Shown one piece after another: positions 1-15,000 of a stretch of DNA of 64,000 bases. A program made the translations under genes and the position numbers. How positions within the stretch are numbered: the stretch's first letter is position 1; each line of letters starts with the position of its first letter. The notes beneath the pieces were generated by a model, which saw only the letters and a program-made list of their open reading frames with translations, had not been told where the DNA came from and ran no database searches. This DNA is from Takakia lepidozioides (Eukaryota > Plantae > Bryophyta), in the NCBI GenBank assembly GCA_030704615.1, contig CM060733.1:58962001-59026000 (forward strand), read 5' to 3'.

Positions 1-3000
1 GGGGTCTGGGTACAGTTTCTCGACATCACCCAGTCCTAACAAAGACAACTCTGAAATCATGTCAATGGCTTTTGCCAGTTCTGCACTGTCTGTTGTGTCT
101 TCCTCTATGATTTGCATAATGTCCTCATCTTGCAGCCTGATTTCGTACTTCGCTTCTGGGTCTGGGTGAGGGCTCATCTGACACGCTGATGGAGCAGAGA
201 CAAAGGAAGGAAACCATTGATGCCATAGCCTCTGAAGGCACCACGGGCCAGACAGTAGCTAACCAGCTCACGCCAATTGTCATCTTTTGAGAGGACTAGT
301 GGGTGGCCCACAACCACCAGCATTGCCTGCACCAGGATGAGATATGAATAAATGTCAAGGGAAAGCAAACGGAAGCTGAAGAGAGTGAGAGATTGTTCTT
401 AGCTCTTCCCCTCTACTTTCTTCCTTTGGGGTCATGCTGAGTGAATTCAGTGATTCCTGAGGTGAGGGAGTTAAGACTGTATCATTAATGAGGAAAACAT
501 CGACCAGAAGCACTACTTAAAAGGGGCAAAGCTACTGCCATCACCAGAATGTCCCACAAGGACACAAAAGATCAGAGACTCTCAAGTCAGCTGTGATCCA
601 AGTCTGATGTGGAAGTCATTTTAAGTTGGGGCTTCCTGTGCAATGAGATACTGACTCAATAGGTGGGTGAGCAAAAGTAGAGATATTATTCTGACCTTAG
701 CACGTGTGATGGCGACATTAAATCGCTTCGCATTACCCAAGAATCCAATGTGGTTCTGGACACCAGCCCCTGTGCGTATCCCCTTTAATGAATCTGGTCT
801 TGTCAACACAGTGGTGATAAATATAATCTTCTCCTCTTGCCCCTGCCACCACATCCTTTCCAACAAAATCAGAAGTGTACAGATTTTGAGTACAAAGGTT
901 CAGGTACAAGACCTAATTTTCCGGCCTCCAGGTCCTTCCTTTTACTCTTCATTGGAGCATGCCTGAGACAACCGTATAACCATCCTGGTGAGGATATCAA
1001 GATAAATAAGGGGTTTGTACCTGATAGTCATCAACAGTTCCAACTCGAACTGCCCTCAATCCTCTGGCTCGCAACAGCAAGCGCAGTTTCTGAACCTGTA
1101 GCGTTACACCAGTGTCCTTCAGAGTTCATGGGTACCCTAAGCAGTCAATTTGCACTGTCACATGGCAGTTTGAATCTGGACCTAGAAAAGCCTGAACTGC
1201 GGGTTCACCACAAAACATTACAGAGATGAGTAGCCTTACCTGCCTACGGTATGGTGCCATGACACCAATGTCCTCTTTGCTCACATGTGGGTGCTTAAGC
1301 AAGCCAACAATCAGATCCACCACTTTTGCTGCCTCAACTGCACATCACGATAAACTGAGTCTTCTCTCTTTTTACTTCCCCACTTCTCTCTCTTTTGGGG
1401 AGGGAAGGGACAGCCGAAACGAAGTGCATGAAAAACATTACAAGCCAATGAATGCGGACCCTGGCAGGCCAGCAGGCTTCTCTCTTATGCATTGTCCCTT
1501 TGGCCCTCAGGGGCCCCTGTGAACAGTATACAGTTCTTGTTTCATCTTTTTCTTTTTTCCTCTCTTTTTGATTGCTAGTATGACCTGTTGCAGGGATGAC
1601 ATTGATAACAAATGTGAAGTGGTTTAAGCCTGGGTTCCACAGAGTCTTCCATGGATGTGATAAACTTCCCCTCCTCTGTAGGCACTCCAGATCAAACTTC
1701 ATGGGTGTAACCATGATCATCACCTTGCCATCTCTGTGAGCAACCGGAGCAGCTTCATTCATCCAAGCAAACCAAAGGTAGGTGATTGAACTAACCGGCA
1801 TCAAAGAAAATCCAACCACACAAAACGACCCAAGAGGCAGAAGGCCCCACCTGACCTCCAAAGCCCAAAGGTGGACTGAGACTTGCTGTGACTATACCAC
1901 ATAAGGACCTGGCACAGCCACCTCTTACTGTGTTCTCACAGCCAGTGAGAGAAAAAACAGCAGTTGCAACCAAGGCATAGGGTGGGAAGTAGATGTAGTG
2001 AAGTCAAGTTGTACATCACCCAGAGTGCAGAAGACAGCTCCTCAAAAGACCCATGCAGGCGGTCATTGGGGGAAGACTTGAACCACCTGACACTCAACCT
2101 TTGAAGGACAAATTAAGTTACAGAATTGTATTTTGTGGGCTGGCCTTTGATGAGAAAGCGTTCGAAAAATGGTATACCTGGATTGAAATACGACGGGGAC
2201 TCTCCCTCACGCATCTGTTGGCCCTTGACCCCATAGAACAGCATTGGGAAATCACAACCATTTAACTCTTCCCAATCCTTCGGTGGAGTCACCAAGTTTG
2301 CCTGTTTCCACATTCCAAAAAAATATTACAAGAGTCTCGGACACTTCCTAAGAGAGTGATTAATCTGAGCCCAAGAGAGCTACAACCAGAGTGAGACAAA
2401 AACAAGCTAGCCCAAAAAAGAATTTTAACAGGATAGAAGTGGCAGGAAAGGTAACAGAGCGTACTCACTTCAGCAGATGCAATCAGTTCATTTCCATAGA
2501 ACATCCTTGACGGTAGCTCCAACAGCTGTAAACACCATGTGTTGTTGTGTCAGGATTCCTCCAGGCATAGTAAAGAGAGAACCTTCCATTCTTCCTTTAT
2601 ACTTGGTTAATTCACAACATTTAGTTCTAGTTCCTTGATGTTCTCTCTCTCTCTCGGACGTTATAAAGTACCATTTCATTTCATTTCATCTCTCTCTCTC
2701 TCTCTCTTTCTCTATGACATGGGAGAGGCCATCATGGTTGACCAAGGGTTTACCCACCCTCGGCACTAGACTGAAATTTAAACTCAGGGCGGGAAGCCTA
2801 CCTTTGAACAGCAAACAGAAGCAGAGAGGAAAGGGGGATTGCAAATGCCCATTGTGTGGGCAACCTGAAGACAATATTCAGTTTCTGATTCATTGTCCTG
2901 CATACTCTCACCAGAGAGACGTTCTCTTCAAATCCATCAAGAGAATTGTGTCTGTATCTCTGTTTACCAACTTTGAAAGTCTCGAGGCTGAGCCAAAAGC

Positions 3001-6000
3001 CCAGGCCCTTTTGGGGCCTAGTTATTGGGCAAACCACACACAGCAGATTGATGCTTGTATAAAGGGATTTCTAGAGGATATCTGGAAAACTCAGGTCAAT
3101 TGTCTGTTCCAAAGTAAGTCATACTACCGGTGTCAGCCCCTGACAAAGGTAGTTTCTGTCCCTTTGTGTTCCGCTCAAACCGAGCACGGGGTCAATGGCC
3201 ACAAGGCTACTGCAAACATCGTCTTATGAGTACATTCTCTCTCGCTTCCCTCCGCCCCTCTCTTGACAAAGTTTCTTTCCATCTTTCCCTCTATGTCTTC
3301 TGAAGAATGGCACCTTGCTGTTCGCACGGTAGTTTCGCAGGAGTTTCGTTATGAAGACCCGTGCTGCTGTGACTGGCGGCTCAAGTCTGCACTCAGATGG
3401 AGGGATGTAATGCTCCAGCAGTGATTTGGCCAGCCCATTTATGGTGGCCAGTTTTGAATGCACCTGCACCAGCCAAAAATTTCCTGATAATTAGCATATG
3501 CTTTAGTCTCAAAGAAACCTTACAGTAAGTTTCTTTCCAGCCAAATCAGCTCATTGATTCCACTGTCTCATTGGATATTTGTATTTGTAGGTGACAGTCA
3601 TGGATGAGCTGTCAAAAAGATAGGTCCATGGGGAGGCATAAAACCCATCAGAAACAAGAAGACAGCTAACGATTTCACCAGGCTCTAGTTGACAAGGATG
3701 GCTCTAAACCCATGAACTACCCATGAACACATGACTTCCTATCGCATTCTCCAAAATCGCACCGCCAAGTGGTGCTAACAAGCATGAGTCTGAACTTACT
3801 GAAAGAAGGCAACTTTCCTTCCCATGCACTTCCAGCAGCAGTATTAACAAATAGTACATTAGTCACAGAATTAATGGATCGTAAAGGATGCTCTACCACA
3901 GGTCCAAGCTGTCGTGGATCTCCACAGAGAACACGACAAGTCTCAGGACTACCAAGTGATAGGGGAATCAACGCCTCTGGAATCAACGCCTGACAACACC
4001 AACAGATGAATTAGAGGAAGGCAACACGTCAAATTTAGTGAAACGAGCCAAAAAGGTGTCTACCAAAACTAAAGGTAGCATTGCACCTTAGTTTAGCATT
4101 CTTCAAGTGTCTGTGCATTATTGTGCTTGGGATGACTTACACACCATTAAAAGGTCTACAGTGAGCTTAAATGGGCAATCTACAAAAGCCCCAACTCAAT
4201 TTATATGGGCTTACCTAGCGAAAAACCGACTCCCACATCTTCCCATTGCACTCCTCGTGATAACCACCTGAGCTAGTTCTGTCAGCTCTCTATGTTCACT
4301 GGACGTTAAAGAAACTTTATCCTTATGTGTAAAGAAAAAAATTCTACCTTGAGGACTTACTATAACTAAGCAACCCTGCCAGAAGGGTTGAAAAACTATC
4401 CCAAAACGAAAATGCTTTGTACCTGGCCAGCTTCATCAATCAAAATGTGTGTGAAAGTGCCCACTTGACCAACCAGAGGTTTCTCATGGAGCATAGCTGC
4501 AGCCCCACAAGTACAGACAATGATGCGCACGCTGGATGGGTGTGGATGCACATCAAACAGTCCATATTGTGTGTTGTACGTGCAGAACCTGCATAGCCCT
4601 GCTGCACATGATTATCATGGAACACAAGGTATAGCACAAAACCTCTTTTGCTGCCAAACGGGTCTATCTCCTTCAATATTCTAACTTTGTTTCTCATGGG
4701 CCGTTCTTGACAAGGACAGACATACTACAGCAAAACACTTGGTCGGATGCAAGCCACTCGGTAAATCCTCTGGCATCACATCCTGATATTGCTCCAAGAT
4801 CCCTTTAACCCAACCACGGCTAGTACGCACGGAATAACATCTGTTTTAACCGAGGCTATGGTCCTGCGAGGGTCGTTGAAACGCCACATGTTTGCTGGGG
4901 CCACTCCCCCTGCCGCAATGCCACTGTCACACAGAGAACAAGACATGTGAAAAATCCTTATGAGTACCTACATCGAGCATAACTACCACCAGAAACAAAC
5001 AGGGAAATGAGTCATCTACGTAAGTAGACAGTAACAAAGAGATCAAAAGCAAACCCAAACAGATGTTGCATCAGTCCAAGTTAAGACTTAAACTGGCTCA
5101 ACATAGAGAGTGCAGGACCTTCTGGTGTCAAGCACAAAGTCTAAGACCATCAACTACAACATGAATGGCAGTGGCAAGCTGCCATCACTCCCCGCCGACT
5201 TCTTACACTCCTGACAGTGGGTGTAGATCACACACAACACTACCCTCAACTTCATGGGCATACCATGATATAAATCTTTGTCTTGAGTTCCTGTCACCTT
5301 TCTGGAAGTAACAGGAAAACTCAGCTATGATGCTGGCTAGCACTCAGGAGGCAAAGCTAGTCAAAGAAGTCAGCATCTTCACTTAAGAATAACACTTATT
5401 TCCACTTTAGCTTGCCCTGACAAACCAAACAGTTGAGCAATTCAAAGATAAGTTTGCTGGAAGGGTAGCTGAAGGGCAATCCTGCACCACATTTCCTTCA
5501 GGTACCAGCTGGTCACTACTAGAATGCTCAAGGTCCACAAAAGTAACGGAAAATCATCAATGTAAGTACAGGGAACTTATTCCGTAGAGACATCAAAAGG
5601 GAACCCAAACAGATATTGCACCACCACAAGTTAGAGGACAGGGAGATATAATATTATTAAACCTAGCTATGTGCAAACAGTTGGGTGGAAAGAACACTAG
5701 ATTCATGAAAGAACTCTACATCAAATAAATTGTGAAGCATGTCTGTTCTAGCCCAATACAGACCTGCAGAGTATGTCAGCTGCATAGTTGGATGGAGCAC
5801 AAACACAGAGGCGAGGAGAGGCCTTCTTTTCTAGCACTTGCAGTACACATTCAACCACCTGAAAGTTGAAATTGGTACCTAGTTAACTTTGATGTTGCTT
5901 CCAGCTGTTCTTCTTAAACCTTTTTATGAAAAGAAATGGATTATCATAGATTGATGGCATGGGCATACCTTCTTCACTTGGTAACCTAAATGCAACCGGC

Positions 6001-9000
6001 ATTGGCCTCAAGGTTCACCCAAAAGATTTGCACTTGAGTCATTGTTGGCTCAGGATCCAATGGCAATCAGCACAAATCCACCTCCTATAGGCTGGGACTC
6101 CAAATTCTAGGCCATGTTGGATTCAGTGCAATTCACAGACCACAAGGTGGCAGTGTTGAAGGATTGAATGCATTTTTTTGGAAGATGCTTCAAGAAGGTC
6201 AAAGCAAATCAACAATCACTTACAGTGACAGTTTTCCCTGTCCCTGGAGGCCCAAAGATGAGATAAGGGCCTGGGCCATGCACTTCATCCAACACTGCCT
6301 TTACTGCCACTTGTTGCTCTTGATTCAAACACGTATTTATCTGTTTGCATGCAATGTCACAATGTGTCAATTAGACATACATGCTCGGGGAAAATATGAA
6401 TGCTAGTACTTTCCTTTATTCCGTCAACTATGTTAGAGGAATATGTGCCAACAAACGGAGTGCTGATTAAAATTCCTGCCTGCCTTCCGAAACTATACGT
6501 TGCTGGTAAACACATGCTAACAACGCATGGACAGGTGATCATACCAGAGTCAATGTCCCCTTATTTGCCACTGATTTCCTACCAGGCACAAACAACCCAA
6601 AAGACCCCACAAGCATCAAATGGTATTGCTTACAAAGCTCAGTGACTTCAAAACAAACTTGAATTTTGCTAAGAACAAATGAAGATACACATCTATCTCT
6701 ACCTCCAGAGGCCACCATTGTTTCTATTAGTGTCCACTGGCCAGTGTTGGAGTCCCCTCCCCAGACTTTTTCTTTCGGAACCAGCCAGACACGCTCTCCA
6801 GACTTCTGTAAGCATATTTCACACTAACAGATATCTGTTGTACTTGCCCAAGGAGGATCGTAGCACACATCCAATCGATTAATATCTGTAGTGCTAACCA
6901 GCATCAGGTCTAGCGAACAAAACCAAATGACATCAGGTGAACAGTGACATCAACAAGACCTTGAAGAAACAATCTCTCCCTAGTTTCCACCACCATCAAC
7001 ATATAGTTTTTGGTACATGGAAAACATGTGCTTGTGAATTCTACAGGGTCAGTTGCACAGCGTGAACAAAAATGGTTGGTTCAGAAACAATTACATACCT
7101 CTTCCTCTTAGAACCTTCAGCACCTCTGCCAACATTTGCCAGGGGCTTTGAAAGCACCTCCTCTTTTAGTTTTGTGCCCTCTGAGTTGTGAGAGGTACAC
7201 ACGCAAGGCAGCAAATTCATGGTAGAGCATGCCGCTCTTGCCAAAGCAGCATGCATTCGCTGCCAACAATATCAGCAATGTCAATGTTATAGCCATGCGG
7301 CAGGAAAGGGTTTGAAACCCAGTGATTCTTTGAATAAGACTACTTGAGAACTTAAATGACTAGAATGGAACCAGTATCTTCAATTGTTATATTTCGCATT
7401 ATGTCTTTGTGTGTTTCTTTTTCCCCTGCCCCTCTTCCTTGCCCCATAACTCCACAACAACATTAAAAAAAATCTTGACGTTAACAAGTTTCTTGATCTC
7501 ATATATATATGTGTGTGAACCATGTTAAATTTCATCATAAGCCACAAAATGTAGTTAATTATACATTTCAGTAACCAGTGAAACCAGCAGTCAGTGGGAA
7601 TCCCAGAGGAAGAGACAGAGAATAAGGCAACTTACACGCACATGTTCATGAAAAATCATCTAATGCATAGTGGAACACAAAACATCAAGGGAAAATCCCG
7701 AAGAGATAAATCAGACGAGTGTCCATAATGGATTACCTTAAGGATCAGCCGATCAAACATGAAGCGCACATGGACAAGCTCCTTTTGCAGAGTTAAAACC
7801 AACTTTGACACTTGGTACCGTTTCACACCTCCGGGGAAGACAGACTTAAGAAAATCAGGGGAAAGGTTGATTATTAAGTGGGGCGTTGGTTGATACTCAA
7901 CAGCCACAACTGTTGCTGCGCACTCCCATTTTGGATAGCTTGCCCACCTTAAATACACAGCATCCCCAGCAAGCACCGAAGGTCGGTTCTCAGGGAGTCC
8001 AGGCACCTGCAAAGAAGCCAAAGCCTGTTACAATTTCCAATGTCGGATGTTCTCTTACCGTCAATCAACTCTCACCCTAGTAGAGGGGATCAACCTAGTA
8101 GATGAGGTTGGTTTAGACCAGTATGCAATCAGTAGACCTTCGTCAAGCACATGTCTACATGCTACAAACAGCAAAGAAGAAGGGACATTTCGGGGGAGGA
8201 AGAAAGAGGCCAATCCTGCCATACATCGATATTGAAAAGACAATCATCAGCAGAGTTGTTTGTGAGATGAACATTGAAAAGGTCATGGTCTTTGATATCA
8301 CGCTCCATAGCAGCCTCCTCGAGCGCCAGCATTCGCGCCAGCTATCAACACAGACCACTTTCAGAGAGTTGACTTATACTAGTAGAATCAGACTGCTGAG
8401 GTGTTGCAAGAGTCCAAATTCACTCAACTACCAGGAGGAAGCCAAATAGGGAATAAGAGAAGCAGGCACCTACCTGACGCAGCTGCCTTCCATAACACAC
8501 ACATTGACCGGACAACCGAACAGTTGAGAAATTGAATGTAGCTTCGTTAGCAGATGGCAACAACGCATTACTGGAGGGAGTAGACAAGGAACCAAGTGCT
8601 CGCTCCAATCCCCCCGGAAGGGCAACTGCCTGTGATAAAGTATGCTCCATCAATAACTTCTCTAAATGCCGCATGGCCAAGGGCCAGACAGAACACCAGC
8701 CTGTCTGGAAAGATGCAGCCTTTGGGTGAATGCTCTCCATAAATGGCAGCTTTGCAGGGTAAATCACAGGCACGAAGTAGAGCGGAGGGTTGTCAAACAG
8801 ACCACGGATGGACGCTGGGAAGAAGGGCTTGGCTTCCGTGCTATGAACACACACGCATCCACACAAACCAGAAACTGCATTGATTACATGATGTACACTG
8901 TTCACTCAACCAACAACACAATCTGAGAGAGTCATTAAGTCCAAAGACCTCACAGGAATAAAGACAGACAATGAGAATTCAACATACATCAAGAAACTAC

Positions 9001-12000
9001 CGTCAACAGACGCATAAATATGACTGGACCATAATTGAGACAAAAGTTGGCCAACTTAGAGCTTTTGGAAGGGAGTTAGGAAAAGGCCAACCTTAGGCAG
9101 GTTTGAACATCTTGAACACACTTTGCAACAAGGGCTGAGACGCGTCGACCTATTGTAAACACATTGCCATTCAAATCAATCTTCTCTCCTTTTGCAAACA
9201 AGAAAACCACCCACTGCTGGTGGAGTGAGCAATCATCTGGACTGCAGGTGAGTTCCTGCAGACACAAGCATTTCCTGGCCTTAGAATGTACTCATAAGAC
9301 GTTGTTTGCCGTAGCATTGTGGCCATTGACCCCGCGCCCAGTTTGAGCGGAACACAAAGGGACAGAACCTATCTCTGTCAGGGGCTGACGTCGGTAGTAA
9401 GACTTACCTCGGAATAAAACATTGATCCGGGATTTCCAGATATCCTCTAGAAATCCCTTCACACAAGCATCAATCTGCTGTGTGTGGTTTGCCCAATAAC
9501 TAGGCCCCAGAAGGGCCTGGACTTTTGGCTCAGCCTCGAGACTATGAATACTGTCTTCAGGTTGCCCACACAACGGGCAATTGCACTCTCCCTTTCCTCT
9601 CTGCTTCTGTTTGCTGTTCAAGGTAGGCTTCCTGCCCTGAGTTTAAATTTCAGTCTAGTGCCGAGAGTGGGTAGACCCTTGAGGTCATCCAAGATGTCCT
9701 CCCCCATGTCACTGACTGGAAACAAGTTCAGGGAAGTTTTCTGCCTAACTTCATTTTCATCAGACAATCTCATGGCAACAGACATGGCTTTGGACACTAC
9801 AGCCTCTAAGTCAGATTTATCCAGCAGGGTCAAGACTTGCGGTTCCAGGTCCAGGTCCTTGAGAATCTCTTCTACTCTCTTCTGCCAGGACTTAGCCTGT
9901 TTGACAGGGCGGTCCTGTTTCCAAGATATAGAGTCGATTAACTTAGGATATCTGGTGTTGGACATATGTTGCAGCTGACCCCACCATCTGACCTTGAATT
10001 CATCTTGTTAGGAGCTTAAGGACGGAATGCCAAACTCACCCCGAACAGCCACATTGGATGTTTTGGAGCATGCTGACATACACTCCTTAAGCACCCCCAC
10101 TTGAATGGATTCTAGAGACTTAGCCTGGTTGGAGTTTTTCAGAGAGAGAATGTACTGCCGTAGCCTTTTTCAGAGAGATTGTACTTGTAAGACGTTGTTG
10201 GCCGTAGCCTTGTGGCCATTGACCCCGCGCCCAGTTTGAGCGGAAACAAAAGGGACAGAACCTACCTCTGTCAGGGGCTGACGTTGGCGGTAAGACTTTT
10301 CTCTCTCTTTTTCAGAGAGAGATTGTACTCATAAGACGTTGTTTGCCGTAGCCTTGTGGCCATTGACCCCGCGCCCAGGTTGAGCGGGAACAAAAGGGAC
10401 AGAACCTACCTCTGTCAGGGGCTGACGTTGGTAGTAAGACTTACCTTCATATAAAGAATTAATCCGGGTTTTCCAAATATCCTCTAGAAATCCCTTCACA
10501 CAAGCATCAATCTGCTGTGTGTGATTTGCCCAAAAACTAGGCCTCAGGAGGGCCTGGGCTTTTGGCTCAGCCTCGAGACTTTCAAAGTTGGTAAACAGGG
10601 GTACAGGCACAATTCCCTTGATAATATTGAAGAGAGCGTCTCTTTGGTGAGAGAACCCCGGACAGTGTATCAGAAAATGAATACTGTCTTCAGATTGCCC
10701 ACACAACAGGCAATTGCACTCTCCCTTTCCTCTCTGCTTCTGTTTGCTGTTCAAAGGTAGGCTTCCTGCCCTGAGTTTAAATTTCAGTCTAGTGCCGAGA
10801 GTGGGGAGACCCTTGAGGTCATCCAAGATGTCCTCCCCCATGTCACTGACTGGAAACAAGTTCAGGGAAATTGAGAGAGAGAGAGAAAGAGAGAGAGAGG
10901 CAAGAACCATTCTTTATGCAATCCAACCATGAAATCGGCTGTCTGTGGAAATCAACATGCAATACATATGATTCATCAGCCCACCAACAGTGAATGGTCC
11001 AGGAGAAAGGGTGGCACATGTTTGAAGATTGATATATTGGTGCTCAAGTTTGGCACAGGAGACAGCAAGACCATTATCTTCAATACTGCTCCATGTTGGA
11101 GATTCTACAACCACCGTGGCACCCTCCACAATAAAACAAATAGCTGAAAGGGGCCAACTTAGCAAACTCTCGGTAGCATCACTCAAGACTACAAGCAATA
11201 AAACCAAAGAGACATTTCTCTGAGCAAGTGGGATTTGGGTCAACCCAAAATCAGTTACAAGCCAGGGCCTAAAAACAAACTTACCACAGTAACCTGGTAT
11301 TGAGCTCCGGGTCGCAGCATGACCCCCTTGGGAGAATCATCGATTGGGTCCCCTCCGTTCCGCATCCGCCAAAGCTTGGAGGACAATCGATGGTGGTGGT
11401 GGTGGGCCAGGCCATAATCATCATGTAGGATAAGGGCATGATTAACAGCTGGGATGCCACAAATGTCTAACACGACCATAGGCTCATGGCTCCCATTGCT
11501 AATAGACAATGTTCGAAAGTACCGTGGGGGTAGCATGTCCTGTGTGATTGCACTTACCGAGCCTGATAAAAGGACACCAAAGTACCTTCAGTCCCTCCAT
11601 AACTTCTACTGACTCTTAGAATATTGTGACACTGTTAAATTGGTACTGAAACCCAAGCCTCAAGTCAAATTGCAAGCCCAGACAAATACACACTGTTTCC
11701 ATTCAAAACCAGTGACAGGCTTCCTCTTTCTAAGTTTGAAAAAGACATGACCCTGAATTCTGTATAGCTGTGCAGCTTGGTCTTTAGGCACGGGACTAAG
11801 TTGTTTCTAGGGAGTGTGATGAGCAAGTGTGATGAGCAAATGTTAAATTTCTGGCCATTAAACTCAAAGTCAAATGCATGTCTTATTCTTAGTTGTTTTG
11901 AGAATTGGAAAGTGGCCAAAGACTGCTCTTAAACTTCATTACTGAAGTGGTCTATTCTCTACTCTATTTGTGGAGTTCCAAGATCTCTGTTTTGAGCAAA

Positions 12001-15000
12001 TCTCAGGTGGGGTTCAAACAGTCATGATCACTTTTGCTCTTGTAACTTCTGATAATCTTTTTTCATTGCAAATTATATGACAAGAATTGGGCCACGTGGC
12101 CTGCTGGAATGGCCTCCTTCACGACTTCTTCAAAAGTTAGAATAGAAAGGTGAATTGCTACTTACAACTAGCATGTCCTAGTGGTAATATGGCTGGTAGG
12201 GATGCTAATATGGTGGATATCCATTTCCCAGCTGGATATACATGAGGTGCATTGTTGGACTAGAGAAACAAGAGCTCGAAACTCACAAAGTTATGAAACC
12301 CCCAGAGACAAACCAGTGTAAATAGACCCACCAGCACGTTTCACTCCAAAGTCAATGTGGCTGCTGATTTGGACACCATGCTTATCTTGTACTAATTGCT
12401 CAGGTCCAGCTTCAATTGCAGCCTTTAATGTTGCTTGGTGCTCGGGGCTACCTTGAAACTCCCTCATCCATCCACACAATGTGTAGTGGAAGCCTTGCGT
12501 AGGTGAGCTAACCAGTTTTAAGTCAACTGGTGGCTTATCTTGATCACCTTAAACATATGGAAAATGAACTTGCAAAATTTAGAATCTTTCTCATGAAAAT
12601 TACATTTAATCGCAGATTACGCAAAATGGTTTTCTGTTGCACAGGATAATATTCTAAAGAGCAACCCTTACATGTCTGTTCAGAAATTACCATCTCCCTG
12701 TCCTCTAGGAAGCCTATTGACATTGGGTGGACTTGAAACGGGAGTACATTAATGTCTCTGTGACTAAATGCCGGCCTTGTGACCTCGTGTCCTTGTTTGT
12801 TTCGACCTGAAGCGCTTTGCTTCAGTAAGGTAGTGCATTGGATTTAGTTGGAAAGCTTGGGGCCTTTCCCTCTTTAGAATATGCCTACACGGGCCATTCC
12901 CTGCAACTCCCTGGAGTGTGATCTCTGAATGGTAACAAGCGGACTCCTACCGCTTGGGGGCAGCCCCTCCGCCCAAATTGGGCAGTCGTATGCTCTGTCT
13001 AGCATACTCGGCACTTGGGCTCGGGTTGGTTCCTGTGCTTAAACTTATGGCCTGCGAAAACAATCAAAAATTTAGCTCCTATCAACATCAACACTCCTCA
13101 GGGTGATCCCTGGGAATTGGTTACTTATGCCAAATCTAGGGCTTCATGTGTAGTTTTTGGGGTGAATCCCAGGATGGACGATGTGTCCTTTAAAACTACA
13201 TGCTCTAGCTTAGGCTTGGATTTCATGGCTAATGGTACCATCTCGAGACTTGATAACAGGGGTACGTTGAAGGTTGCAATGACCAAAAGTGCTTCTAATA
13301 GAGTCCCGCATCAATTCAATCTCAAAGACGTTCGTCCCTTGACTGGCTGGAGAGCGGTCTTAGACCTTGGTGATTCAATGGGGTGCTCTAGGAAAACAAT
13401 ACACGGGGTAATTGTCCCCAAGCCGTCAGATGGACAATCTGTCCCTAAGTGTGCAGAGCCTGAACGTCGTGTAACTGAAGGATTTGGTACTCTAAATGGT
13501 TTACCAATCCTCAAAGTCTACACAAGACGAGCAAAATCTATACACGGGGTAATTGTCCCCAAGCAGTCTGACGGACAATCTGCCCCTATGTGTGCGGAGC
13601 CTGTGCGTCGTGTAACTGAAAGATTTGGTACCCTGAATGGTTTACCAATTCTCAAAGTTTACACAAGACGAGCAAAATCTACACATGGGGTGACTGTCCC
13701 CCCTTTGCAGAACGGTTGGCCGTCCAGGAGCAATCACAAGCTACCTAGACGACAAACAATTCACACGCAAAGGGCTGGCTTGCGGCTGGCCACTTTCAAC
13801 TTCTCAGGGTTGACCAACCAAAGGAAACAACTTGAAGTGGGATTGCAAGAGGCTCTCCCTCATTTTGTCCAATCGCTCCAAGAACTTCAGTCACGCTCTG
13901 TTAACGCAAGAAATGAAGTCGAAAGAGCAGTGGACTCTTGGGAGAGTTTCGTTTCCTCCGTGGCTGACAAGATCATTGGGAGGAAACTAATTGTCTGCGG
14001 TAGAGCAGTTAATTGGTGGACTAATGAGATTAAACTCAAGATAGCTGAGAGACGAGCCCTCTATAAAGAGTGCTGCAATTTGGAAACCAACAGAGAATTG
14101 TGGGCGAGGTACTACCAGCTCCGTAAAGATATCAATCAGCTTGTTAGGTCTCAGAAGAAATTATACTGGGACAAGTTATACAGTGAAATAAACTCAAACC
14201 ACCATGGTGGTAATGACAAAAAATTCTGGTTGGCCCTTCAACGTTTGTACAAGCCGAAAAACGGTCAGCAAGTACAAGCGCTGAAGACTACTAAAGGTGC
14301 AGTGGTGACTTCATCAGTTGACATTGTCAAAACCTTTGAAACTCACTACAGTATCCTTGGCAGAACTTCTAGGTCTAACAGTGAGGGGTCTTCTGCTGAA
14401 TGGAGGGACACAGTTGGAAAAACTGTTCCTATGATTCAAAACAGCCCTGATGAACTGGAGTCTATTTCAATGGCTTATAATGCTCCCATTAGTTCTTCTG
14501 AGATTGTGGAAGCAATTGAACATTTAAATGGATATAAAGCTGGTGGACCTGATGGTATTGTCAACGAGCTTATCAAGCACGGTGGCGATCCCATGATAGA
14601 GGCCTTAGTTCTCCTCTTTTACCTTATCTGGAAGACTGAAATGATCCCCTTTCGCTGGCGACAGGGGGTCATTGTCAATCTATACAAGAAGGGTGACAGA
14701 GAAGAACCAGGGAACTACCGCAGCATCACGCTCCTCAATGCTGTTGGCAAGACATTCTGCAGAGTTATAAGTACTCGTCTCGAGGTTGATCTGCAGTCTA
14801 GAGGTTGTTTCCACGAAGGCCCAGCTGGCTTTCGGCGAAACAGGGGCTGTGTGGATCATATCTTCACTCTAAGCCAGATTATCCAGGGAAGGAAAAAAGA
14901 AGGGAAACCCACTTATGTCTTTTTCCTGGATGTCAAAAAGGCTTATGACACAGTGTGGAGAGATGGCCTATGGTTCCGCCTCTGGTCTTGTGGGATCAAG

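Noticed and set aside
3964-3992. 15-bp tandem duplication ggaatcaacgcct
   Set aside because: It encodes ALIPEALIP, which fits the conserved sequence after helicase motif II and keeps the frame.
5035-5635. Imperfect ~50-bp direct repeats about 550 bp apart in a helicase intron
   Set aside because: Too degenerate, with no TSD, PBS or coding signal to support a TRIM or other element.
12694-13014. HDV-like ribozyme at the LINE 5' end
   Set aside because: Looked for because RTE-type elements can carry one, but no convincing nested double pseudoknot could be folded by eye.
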